This document shows, piece after piece, positions 8,997 through 17,288 of a stretch of DNA of 64,000 nucleotides (positions within the stretch are counted from its first letter, which is position 1; the number at the start of each line of letters is the position of its first letter). Position numbers and translations under genes: made by a program. Below the pieces are notes generated by a model, which was not told where the DNA came from, did no database searches, and saw nothing but the letters and a program-made list of their open reading frames with translations. This DNA comes from Thermoplasmata archaeon (GTDB lineage: Archaea; Thermoplasmatota; E2; JACPAO01; JAHFTW01): contig JAXDQS010000001.1 of assembly GCA_034667725.1 (NCBI GenBank), positions 32,001 through 96,000 on the forward strand, written 5' to 3'.

Positions 8997-10744
8997 TCAG
9001 GCTGGACGGTGAAGCCGCCGAAGGTGAACAGCGCCTTCCACACCAAGCGATGCAGGGCTTCGAACGGCGCCGCGACGCCGGGCAACGTCACGACGGGCTC
9101 GTGGTAGCGCGCCGTGGTGAGCTGGAGGAGCAGTTGCAAGCCGAACGCCAGCGCGACGCCGGCCACCACCAAGTTCCGCGACCAGTCCCGCGCCCACGCC
9201 AGCGACGCCAGGATCGCCAACGCCACCGCCAGCCCGCCGTACCGGAACAGCACCACGTGCTCGCTGGCATGGTTGTAGTCCGACCAGTAGCCGAGCAGCG
9301 CCTGGTGCAGCGCCCAGGTCGGGACGATGGCCAAGGGCAGCAGCGCCGCCACGCCGCCGGCCACCGCCCGCGCCGCCGGCCGCAGCGGCACGCCGGCGAA
9401 CAGGGCTTGGGCGGCGGGCGCGGCCAGCAGCGTCAGCAGCGGCCACAGGGTCGAGGCGTAGCGGATGTCGTAGCCGCCGCCGGGCTCCAGCAGGAACCGT
9501 CCCATGAACAGCACGAGGACGGCGGCGTAGGCCGCCGCGAGCAGCCGCCAGTCGCTGGGCAGCACGCGCCGCCAGGGGCGGTGGGCAAGCGCCGCGAACG
9601 CCAGCACCACGAACGGCGCCACCGACAGGAACGAGAACGCCGGGTCCACGTCGGACAAGCGGGTCCACACCAGGCTCTGCGCGATGGCCGACAAGCCGCC
9701 GGCCGGATCCGCCACCAAGGAATGCGAGAAGTAGCCGCCCTCCTCCAACGCCGCGAGGGACTGGACCGCGTACGCGCCGGCAGGAGGCGCTGTCGCGAAC
9801 ACCGGGAACTGCGGGCCCACCCCTTCCGCCCGCAACAGGTGCTGCTGCGCGACGAACGCGAGGAACCCGAGGCCGAAGCCGGCGAGGGCGGCGGCAGCGC
9901 GCGGCATCCAATGGCGGGGGGCTTGGCGCAGGCCGCGCAGGCCGACGACGCCGAGGCCGAAGGCCAGGAACAGGCCGAGCACCAGCTCGTTCCAGCAGGC
10001 CAAGCCCGCCACCCCGAAGGCCGCGAAGGTGCGCGCGACCGGGGTGCGGTGGCCGTCGCGGTAGAGCCAGGCCGCAAGGGTCAGCAGGAAGGTGGCGAGG
10101 GCGTGGTACTTGGCCGACAGCGCCCAGAACGCCATCGGGGTCGCGAACGCGTACGCCAGGACGAGGCCGAGCCGGACGTTGGCGGACACCCGGCCTTCCA
10201 GGAGGCGCCACAGCAGGGCGGCCGTCGCGGCGTGCGCGGCCAGCGACACCAGCTGGAGGGCCGCGAACTCCAGGAACGGCGAGCCCGGTGCGGGCTGCGG
10301 CCAAAGCATGGGCGTGGCCACGAACAGCAGCGGCACCGCGGGCAGCAGCCGGCCGGCCCGGCCGAGCAGGGACTGCTTTCGCTCCCACGCGGCCGCCACC
10401 ACCCACGGCACGATGCAGGCGAGCGCGATGGCGCCCTGGGTCCCAAGGGCTGCCGCCGCCAGGCGCAGGAGCAGAAGGGCGGGCACGGCGGCCACGCTCA
10501 ACATCGTCGAGGCGATGGGCGCCGCCGGCGGGTCGCCGGGATGCGGCACGACCCATTGGCCCACCACGGGGTCCGCCAGCACAGGCCCGTAGCCGGCCGG
10601 CAGGTCGTCGCGCAGCGCCAAGTGCCCTTCCATGACGCTGGTCAGGCTGGCGGCCTGGACGACCTCGTCGTCCATGAGGATGCCCGGCCGCCACAGCAGC
10701 AGCAGGGCGCACAGGACCAGGAGCCCGAGCCGGCGCGCCTGCAC
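8993..10744 (-). CDS. Polytopic membrane protein, probable GT-C-fold glycosyltransferase
   Basis: More than 10 hydrophobic segments; acidic DDE motif in the loop after TM1; adjacent to the GT cluster. Confidence 0.5.
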   Translation of the reverse strand: MQARRLGLLVLCALLLLWRPGILMDDEVVQAASLTSVMEGHLALRDDLPAGYGPVLADPVVGQWVVPHPGDPPAAPIASTMLSVAAVPALLLLRLAAAALGTQGAIALACIVPWVVAAAWERKQSLLGRAGRLLPAVPLLFVATPMLWPQPAPGSPFLEFAALQLVSLAAHAATAALLWRLLEGRVSANVRLGLVLAYAFATPMAFWALSAKYHALATFLLTLAAWLYRDGHRTPVARTFAAFGVAGLACWNELVLGLFLAFGLGVVGLRGLRQAPRHWMPRAAAALAGFGLGFLAFVAQQHLLRAEGVGPQFPVFATAPPAGAYAVQSLAALEEGGYFSHSLVADPAGGLSAIAQSLVWTRLSDVDPAFSFLSVAPFVVLAFAALAHRPWRRVLPSDWRLLAAAYAAVLVLFMGRFLLEPGGGYDIRYASTLWPLLTLLAAPAAQALFAGVPLRPAARAVAGGVAALLPLAIVPTWALHQALLGYWSDYNHASEHVVLFRYGGLAVALAILASLAWARDWSRNLVVAGVALAFGLQLLLQLTTARYHEPVVTLPGVAAPFEALHRLVWKALFTFGGFTVQPD

Positions 10745-10778
10745 GCCCGGGCCAGCCGGCGGGCCCAGATAAGGCGCG

Positions 10779-11162
10779 TCAGCGGAACTCGCCGAAGTAG
10801 AGCACCGACTCGTCGGGGTCGTGCACCAAGGTCACGGTGCCCGGGCTGCTGCACACCACTTCGTCGCCGGCCTCGATCGGGCCAGCCGGGAGCACGCACG
10901 CCGCCGAGCCGCCCAGCCGGACCTCGGACCAGTCGAGCGGCCCGCCGGGGACCGAGACCACCTGGAGCCGGCCGCCGGGACCGTCCGGGTCCGGGAACGC
11001 CTGGAAGGTCGCCTTCTGCTCGGGGGCGTCCTGCTGGTCAGTGAACTCGTTGGTGAAGAACACCACGGCCACGCCGACGACGACCACGATGCCCACCATG
11101 AGGACGACGGCCACGTTGGCCGAGACCGCCTCCTGGTCGCCGCGGAACCGAGGGGACGCCAC
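10779..11162 (-). CDS. Archaeal type IV pilin (minor/paralogous)
   Basis: Class III signal-like DQEA|VSANVAVVLMVGIVVVV; C-terminal C..P.G...AGD...C shared with the neighbouring pilin. Confidence 0.75.
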   Translation of the reverse strand: MASPRFRGDQEAVSANVAVVLMVGIVVVVGVAVVFFTNEFTDQQDAPEQKATFQAFPDPDGPGGRLQVVSVPGGPLDWSEVRLGGSAACVLPAGPIEAGDEVVCSSPGTVTLVHDPDESVLYFGEFR

Positions 11163-11222
11163 GGCCCGCCGAGGCTGGCGGCTCGTGATAGGCGTTGCTG
11201 GAGGGTTCCGCGTTGCCGCGAC

Positions 11223-11270
11223 ACAAAACAGGGTTGGGAAAGGGAAGAGGGAGGGGGAGAAGGAAACCTT
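11223..11270 (-). terminator. Pyrimidine-rich terminator-like tract after the major pilin
   Basis: Minus strand reads aaggtttccttctccccctccctcttccctttcccaaccctgttttgt directly after the stop. Confidence 0.55.
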
Positions 11271-11282
11271 CACGCCGCGCGC

Positions 11283-11693
11283 TTAGAACTGCGCGGTGTA
11301 GATGAGGGTGTTCGTCGGGATGTAGCGGACGTAGAACGGGCCGTCGCCATCGGTGGCGCTGCAGACGATGACGTCGCCGGCATCCAGGGCGCCGGTCGGC
11401 TTGGTGCAGGCCGCGGTGCCGGAGGTGTTCTTGATCTCGACGTCGCCCCAGACGAGGCCGTTGTCAGGGGCGCCCTGGACGGCGATGACCGTCAAGGTGC
11501 CGCCAGCCAGGCTGGAGTCCGACTGCTTGTTGAACGTGATCGAGGGGCTCTGGTCCTCCTGGTTGCCCGCGAGGCGGGTGACGAGGACGAAGACGACCGC
11601 CGCGAGGACGACCGTGATGGCGACCATCAGGATGACGCCGATGACGGGCGACACGGCCTCGTCGTTGTTGCTGAACGCTTGGTTTGCCTTCAT
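11283..11693 (-). CDS. Archaeal type IV pilin (major; Pilin_N/DUF1628-type)
   Basis: DEA|VSPVIGVILMVAITVVLAAVV canonical archaeal pilin H-domain; GGAGG SD upstream; N-T-S sequon. Confidence 0.92.
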   Translation of the reverse strand: MKANQAFSNNDEAVSPVIGVILMVAITVVLAAVVFVLVTRLAGNQEDQSPSITFNKQSDSSLAGGTLTVIAVQGAPDNGLVWGDVEIKNTSGTAACTKPTGALDAGDVIVCSATDGDGPFYVRYIPTNTLIYTAQF

Positions 11694-11740
11694 TGTGATT
11701 CCTCCCTGGCTTACAGGGCATTCGCGCTGAGTTTCACCCG

Positions 11741-11748
11741 CTATATAG
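11741..11748. promoter_or_regulatory. TATA box (CTATATAG, palindromic) upstream of the major pilin
   Basis: Canonical TATA ~50 nt upstream of the pilin ATG, in the divergent intergenic region. Confidence 0.6.
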
Positions 11749-11894
11749 CGCTTGCTGGATGATTTCGCGTGGAACTCTAGTTCTTCCAGAGGAATCCTCG
11801 GCTTTCGCTTCTCCAGGCGGCGTGCCCTCCTGTTACCCTCTTGCCGAAGCGCCGATGGAAAGCCTTCAAGCCCTGGCACGGAGGAGGGGGGCCT

Positions 11895-12689
11895 GTGACC
11901 AGCGCCGGCGAGGTGGAGCAGTTCGCCTACTGCGCCCACAACTGGCTCCTGGCCCGGCACGGCGTCGAGGGGAACCTGCCCGGCACCCAGCGCGGCATCG
12001 AGGAGCACCGGGCCGCCGGCGCCGCGTTGGCCTCCTCCCAGCGCGAGGAGCGCGACTTCCGCGCCGGCCTTGCCTGGTCGCTGCGCATCAGCCTGGTCGG
12101 CTTGTCCATCCTGCTGGTGGTCCTCGCCGTCGCCCTGTTGGAGAACTCCCTGGTGAGCCTTCTGGCCTTGGCGGTCGCCCTGCTGGTGCTGCTGGCCTCC
12201 AGCGCCTTGCTGACGGTCGCCCTTGCCAGCCAGGTCCGGGCCCGCCGCATCCAGCGCGCCGCCCACCTCGTGCCCGGCCAAGTGCTCCAGGACGACCTCG
12301 GCGCCCAAGCCCCCCTGCTCGAAGACCCGACGTGGGGCATCTCCGGCCGCCCCGACTACCTGCTGCAGACCCGCAGCGGCACCGTGCCCGTCGAGGTCAA
12401 GACCGGCCGCACGCCGGACGCGCCCTACCGCAGCCACGCCCTGCAGCTCGCCTGCTACCTCCGCCTGGTGGAGGCCACCTCCGGCCGCGCGCCGGAGTAC
12501 GGGTTCCTGAGCTACCCGGGCGGGACGTTCCGGGTCGAATGGGACGACGCCTTGCGCGAGGACCTGCGCCAGACGGTCGAGCGGCTCGCCGTCGCCCGCG
12601 CCAGCGGGGTCGCCGACCGCGACCACGACCAGCCCGGCCGGTGCCGCGGCTGCGCGCGCCGGGCCGCCTGCGACCAGCGGCTGGCTTGA
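11895..12689 (+). CDS. Solo Cas4-like PD-(D/E)xK Fe-S nuclease with an inserted two-helix transmembrane hairpin
   Basis: SAGEVEQFAYC (Cys1), ISGRPDY, PVEVKTG, QLACY, C-terminal CRGCARRAAC; two hydrophobic stretches between Cys1 and the nuclease core. Confidence 0.85.
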   Translation: MTSAGEVEQFAYCAHNWLLARHGVEGNLPGTQRGIEEHRAAGAALASSQREERDFRAGLAWSLRISLVGLSILLVVLAVALLENSLVSLLALAVALLVLLASSALLTVALASQVRARRIQRAAHLVPGQVLQDDLGAQAPLLEDPTWGISGRPDYLLQTRSGTVPVEVKTGRTPDAPYRSHALQLACYLRLVEATSGRAPEYGFLSYPGGTFRVEWDDALREDLRQTVERLAVARASGVADRDHDQPGRCRGCARRAACDQRLA

Positions 12690-12771
12690 AGCCCGGCGGA
12701 CGCGCCAACGCCTGCCCGACTTCGCGCCGCCCTGCCGCAGGACCATGCCGGACCCACGGCTGCCTGGGCCC

Positions 12772-13173
12772 ATGCGGTTCCTCACTGTCCAGGAAGTCTT
12801 GTGGATGCACGCGTTCCTGCTGCACCGGGACGGCGGCGAGCCTGGGATGCTCAACCTGGGCCTTCTGGACGCCGCCCTCGACCGCTGCCGGTTCGGCCCG
12901 TTCGCGCAGCCGCCCGACCTGGCCGCCCGCGCCGCCTTCCTGATGCGCGGCATCTGCCAGGACCACCCGTTCGTGGACGGCAACAAGCGCACCTCGGTGG
13001 AAGCCCTGGACACGTTCCTGCGCGAGAACGGGATGCCGCTGGTTTGGTCGCGCCCCGAGGCGGTCGCGTTCGCGCTCTCCGTCGCGTTGGGCATGGACAT
13101 CGACGGCACCACCGCCTGGATTCGCCGCCGGATACCAAACCTCCAAACGGTCGAACGAGGTGATGCCCCATGA
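12772..13173 (+). CDS. doc: Doc-family (Fic fold) toxin
   Basis: HPFVDGNKRT motif; N-terminus FLTVQEVLWMH...GG..G...LGLLDAAL. Confidence 0.88.
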   Translation: MRFLTVQEVLWMHAFLLHRDGGEPGMLNLGLLDAALDRCRFGPFAQPPDLAARAAFLMRGICQDHPFVDGNKRTSVEALDTFLRENGMPLVWSRPEAVAFALSVALGMDIDGTTAWIRRRIPNLQTVERGDAP

Positions 13174-13304
13174 TGACGGGCGCGTTCCAATGCTCTCCCC
13201 AGGAGGAGGCCATCCTGGCCGGGATGGACCCCATCACCCGCCGGCACTTCCTCGAGTCCTACGAGCAGAACAAGGACGCGCTGCGCGACCTGGCGCGCCT
13301 CTGA
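13170..13304 (+). CDS. 44-aa putative antitoxin (not in ORF track)
   Basis: ATGA overlap with the doc stop; GAGGTGA SD; MMTGAFQCSPQEEAILAGMDPITRRHFLESYEQNKDALRDLARL*. Confidence 0.65.
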   Translation: MMTGAFQCSPQEEAILAGMDPITRRHFLESYEQNKDALRDLARL

Positions 13305-13380
13305 TTTCCATCCCGCGCCCCCATCGCTTTCACCGCGCCCTGCCGGACCTTCATCGCCTTTCCGGCGCGATGGGGGTCCC

Positions 13381-14409
13381 ATGCCCGCGGACTACCGCAA
13401 CGACGCCGTGCACCCCATGCTGTCGCGGGCCCGGCCGCTGTCCCAGACCACGCTCGGCAGCGACGGGCCCGGCAGGTCCTCCTACGGCGACTGCGCCATC
13501 CAGGAGTCCACCGGCGCGGGCGGCCTCACCGACTTCACCTTCGGGGGCAGCCAGGCCGGGGTCGCCTGGTCGGTCAACCCCTACGCCGGCTGCCTGCACG
13601 CCTGCAGCTACTGCTACGTGCCCGACACGCTCCATGCCGAGCGCCGCAACTGGGGCACCCGCGTCATCGTCAAGCGCGACCTTCCGACCCGCCTCGCGTT
13701 GGCGGTCGCGCGCAGCGCCAAGCTCACCTGCTACTTCTCCACCGCCACCGACCCGTACCAGAGCGTCGAGGCGGAGCACCAGATCACCCGCCGCTGCCTG
13801 GAGGTCCTCGTCCGCAAGGACTGGCCGGTCGAAATCCTGACCCGCAGCCCATTGGTGCTCCGGGACCTCGACCTCCTCCAGCAGTTGAGCATGGTGCGGG
13901 TCGGGTTCAGCATCCCCACGATGGACGACGGCCTGCGCCGCGTCCTGGAGCCCGCCGCCCCCGCCATCCCGGCCCGGCTGCGCGCGCTGCGGAAGCTGTC
14001 GGACCAAGGCATCCCGACGTTCGCCAACTACACGCCGGCCTGCCCGCCGACGACCCATGACGCGCCCGCGGTCGCCCGGACGTTCCTGGACGCCGGCGCC
14101 CAATGGGTCAACTCGACGCGCTGGAAGCGGCGCGCCACCACCATCGGCCCGCTGTGGGAGCGGCTGCGCGGCACGGAATGGGAGCACCTGCCCGCGTTCT
14201 TCGCCAGCAAGCCCCGCCAGAACGCCTGGCACGACGAGCTGGGCAAGGCGTTCCGCAAGCTCGGCCTGCCGCTCGGCACCTCGTTCTACAACCCGCCGTT
14301 CGAGTTCCTGCAAGCCCAGGACGTCGGCCCAAAGCAGGCGACCCTCCAGGAAATCCGCGTCCCGGTCCACGCCCACCCCCAGCCCCGCCGCCCGCGGCAG
14401 GCGGCCTGA
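13381..14409 (+). CDS. Radical SAM protein, SPL/Rv2578c-like putative DNA repair family
   Basis: NPYAGCLHACSYCY, STATDPYQ, ILTRSPLVLRDLDLL, LEP.AP....RL. Confidence 0.85.
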   Translation: MPADYRNDAVHPMLSRARPLSQTTLGSDGPGRSSYGDCAIQESTGAGGLTDFTFGGSQAGVAWSVNPYAGCLHACSYCYVPDTLHAERRNWGTRVIVKRDLPTRLALAVARSAKLTCYFSTATDPYQSVEAEHQITRRCLEVLVRKDWPVEILTRSPLVLRDLDLLQQLSMVRVGFSIPTMDDGLRRVLEPAAPAIPARLRALRKLSDQGIPTFANYTPACPPTTHDAPAVARTFLDAGAQWVNSTRWKRRATTIGPLWERLRGTEWEHLPAFFASKPRQNAWHDELGKAFRKLGLPLGTSFYNPPFEFLQAQDVGPKQATLQEIRVPVHAHPQPRRPRQAA

Positions 14410-14434
14410 AGAAGGAGCGCCGGCTGGCCGCCGC

Positions 14435-15343
14435 GTGGCCCCGCGCCGCGGCCTCCTGTTGGGAGCCTTCGCCGTCATCTACCTCGTATGGGGCAGCACC
14501 TACCTCGGCATCCTGTGGGCCATCGAGACGATGCCTCCGATGCTGATGGCGGGCGCGCGGTTCCTGACTGCCGGCGGCATCCTGTGGCTGCTCGCGCGCC
14601 CCAAGCCCGGCGAGCCGACGCGCCCGACTCGGCGCGACTGGGCCTGGGCCGTCGTCCTCGGCTTCCTGATGCTGCTCTTGGGCAACGGCCTGCTGTCGAT
14701 CGCGGAGAGCGAGATGCCGACCGGGGTCGCGGCCCTCCTCATCGCCACCGTGCCGCTGTGGATGGTCGTGCTGGAGGCCCTGCACTTGCGCAAGGTCCCG
14801 CGCCCGCTGGTCGCCGTCGGCCTGGCGCTCGGCTTCGCGGGCGTCGCCCTGTTGGCCACCTCGAAGGACGGCTGGGCCAGCGGCGCGGTCAACTTCGCCT
14901 TCGTCGCCGGCGTCCTGGTCGGCTCGCTGGCGTGGGCCATGGGCTCGCTCGTGTCGCGCCGCAGCCCGATCCGCCTGCCGCTGCTGCGGAGCGTCGCGCT
15001 CCAGATGCTGTGCGGCGGCGCCCTGATGCTGGCGCTGGGGCTTGCGCTCGGCGAGCACCGCGGCTTCGACCTTGCGGCCATCACCCTGCGCTCCGCCGCC
15101 GCCTGGCTCTACCTCGTCACCTTCGGCAGCGTCCTCGCCTTCACCGCCTATTCTTGGGTGCTGCGCCAGGTCCCGGCGGCCGTCGCCGGCACCTACGCCT
15201 TCGTGAACCCGATCGTCGCGGTCGCCATCGGCGCCCTCGTGCTGCAGGAGCCGTTCGGGCTGCGCACGGCCCTCGCGGGCGTGCTGGTCGTGGCGGCCGT
15301 GATGGCGATCACCTACAGCAAGGCGAAGGCCGCCCCCGCCTGA
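14435..15343 (+). CDS. EamA/DMT transporter (YedA-like)
   Basis: VIYLVWGSTYLGI, AWLYLVTFGS, TYAFVNPIVAV. Confidence 0.88.
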   Translation: MAPRRGLLLGAFAVIYLVWGSTYLGILWAIETMPPMLMAGARFLTAGGILWLLARPKPGEPTRPTRRDWAWAVVLGFLMLLLGNGLLSIAESEMPTGVAALLIATVPLWMVVLEALHLRKVPRPLVAVGLALGFAGVALLATSKDGWASGAVNFAFVAGVLVGSLAWAMGSLVSRRSPIRLPLLRSVALQMLCGGALMLALGLALGEHRGFDLAAITLRSAAAWLYLVTFGSVLAFTAYSWVLRQVPAAVAGTYAFVNPIVAVAIGALVLQEPFGLRTALAGVLVVAAVMAITYSKAKAAPA

Positions 15344-15386
15344 CGGCAAACACCACCGTTATCCCCCCGTCTTCGTTGCTTGGGCC

Positions 15387-17285
15387 GTGCCTGAGACCCT
15401 CGTGCCCGACACCTCCGTCCTCGTGGACGGCCGCATCACGGAGCTGGTGCTGTCGGGGGAGTTCCCGCGCGCGGACATCCGCGTGCCGCGCGCCGCGCTG
15501 GCGGAGCTGGAGGCGCAGGCCAACCGCGGCCTGGAGTCCGGGGTCGCCGGCCTCGACGAGCTGGCCGCCCTCCAGGAGATGGCCAAGGCCGGCCAATGCA
15601 CCATCGAGTTCGCGGGCGACCGCCCCCACGTCCGGGAGGTGATGGAGGCCCGCTCGGGCGCCATCGACGCCCGCATCCGCGAGCTGGCCGTCGAGGTGGA
15701 CGCCATCTTCGTCACCTCCGACCGCATCCAGGCGCACGCCGCCGCCGCGCAGGGCCTCCGCCACCACTACCTGCGGCCCCGCCACCGCCAGACCGACCTC
15801 ACCACGCTCAAGCTCTGGGAGTTCTTCGACCCGGAGACCATGAGCGTCCACCTCAAGTCGGAGTGCGTCCCGATGGTCAAGCGGGGCCAGCCGGGCGCCG
15901 TCCGCTACGAGCCGCACCGCCGCGGCGCCACCGCGATGCCGCACAAGGACCTGCGCGCCATCCAGAAGGAGTGCCTCGAGTTCGCGCGCCGCGACGACGA
16001 CTCGTTCATCGAGATGGAGAAGCACGGCTGCACCGTCATCCAGCTCGGCCCGATGCGCATCACCATGGCCCAGCCGCCGTTCGCCGACGGCCTGGAGCTC
16101 ACCGCCGTCCGCCCCATCACCAAGAAGTCGATCGAGCACTACAAGCTCGACCGCGAGCTGTTCGAGCGCATCGAAGGCCACAGCCGCGGCGTGTTCATCG
16201 CCGGCCCGCCCGGCTCCGGCAAGTCGACCTTCGCCGCCGCCGTCGCCGAGCACCTGCACGGCCTCGCCCGCGTCGTCAAGACCATGGAGCAGCCCCGCGA
16301 CCTGCAAGTGCCGCGCGAGGTCACCCAGTACGGCGCCTTGGACCGCGACATGAAGTGGACCGGCGACGTCATCCTCCTGGTCCGCCCCGACCACGTCCTC
16401 TACGACGAGGTGCGCACCACCGAGGACTTCCGCGTCTTTGCCGACATGCGCCTTGCCGGCGTCGGCCTCATCGGCGTCACCCACGCCAACCGCGCCATCG
16501 ACGCCGTGCAGCGCCTCATCGGCCGCGTCGAGCTTGGCATGATCCCCCAGATCGTGGACACCGTGCTGTTCGTCGAGGCCGGCAAGATCGCGCAGGTGCT
16601 GGAGCTGACCTTCACCGTCAAGGTGCCGTCCGGCATGACCGACGCCGACCTCGCCCGCCCCGTCGTCCTCGTCACCGACGTCCGCACCGCCCGCCCCGTG
16701 TTCGAGCTGTACACCTACGGCGAGCAGGTCGTCGTCATGCCGCTGGACCAGGAGATGCGCAAGGACCCGGCCAGCCAGCTCGCCGAACGGCAACTCAGCA
16801 CCATGCTCCGCAAGTACGTCCAAGGCCGCATGGAGGTCCAGGTGCGCGGCAACCGCGCCACCGTCATGGTGCCCGAGTCCGAGGTGCCCGGCCTCATCGG
16901 CAAGGGCGGCCGCAACGTCCAGATGCTGGAGAACAAGCTCGGCATCGGCCTCCAGATCCAGGCGCTGCCCGACCGCCCCACCGGACGCTGGGAGCGCAAG
17001 GACGCCAAGGACGACTACCAAGAGGAGATGGAGGCCGCCCGCGCGGCCGCCAAGGAGGACGACCAGCGGGGCGGCGTGCGCATCAAGCGCACCGGCACCA
17101 ATGTGTTCGTCCTCGTGGGCACGCCCGGCCTGTGGCGCATCGAGGTCGAGGGCGCCGTCGTCGGCGAGGGCATCGCCTCGAAGGACGGCAAGGTCCGCTT
17201 CAAGGCCAAGTCCGCCGAGGGCGAGGCCCTGGTCGAGGCCACCAAGCGCGGCTTCATCGTGTCGGCCGAGCGTCTGGAAGACTAG
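15387..17285 (+). CDS. PINA-type ATPase (PIN + P-loop ATPase + KH), archaeal Holliday-junction/fork-processing family
   Basis: VPDTSVLVDG PIN start, GPPGSGKSTFA, DEVR, DMRLAGVGLIGVTHA, KH motif LIGKGG. Confidence 0.88.
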   Translation: MPETLVPDTSVLVDGRITELVLSGEFPRADIRVPRAALAELEAQANRGLESGVAGLDELAALQEMAKAGQCTIEFAGDRPHVREVMEARSGAIDARIRELAVEVDAIFVTSDRIQAHAAAAQGLRHHYLRPRHRQTDLTTLKLWEFFDPETMSVHLKSECVPMVKRGQPGAVRYEPHRRGATAMPHKDLRAIQKECLEFARRDDDSFIEMEKHGCTVIQLGPMRITMAQPPFADGLELTAVRPITKKSIEHYKLDRELFERIEGHSRGVFIAGPPGSGKSTFAAAVAEHLHGLARVVKTMEQPRDLQVPREVTQYGALDRDMKWTGDVILLVRPDHVLYDEVRTTEDFRVFADMRLAGVGLIGVTHANRAIDAVQRLIGRVELGMIPQIVDTVLFVEAGKIAQVLELTFTVKVPSGMTDADLARPVVLVTDVRTARPVFELYTYGEQVVVMPLDQEMRKDPASQLAERQLSTMLRKYVQGRMEVQVRGNRATVMVPESEVPGLIGKGGRNVQMLENKLGIGLQIQALPDRPTGRWERKDAKDDYQEEMEAARAAAKEDDQRGGVRIKRTGTNVFVLVGTPGLWRIEVEGAVVGEGIASKDGKVRFKAKSAEGEALVEATKRGFIVSAERLED

Positions 17286-17288
17286 GCG

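Noticed and set aside
11772-11783. GAAC-N4-GTTC (Gram-positive LexA box-like) upstream of the Cas4-like gene
   Set aside because: Single occurrence; not seen before the other repair genes inspected; no lexA in the window; 8 informative bases can arise by chance.
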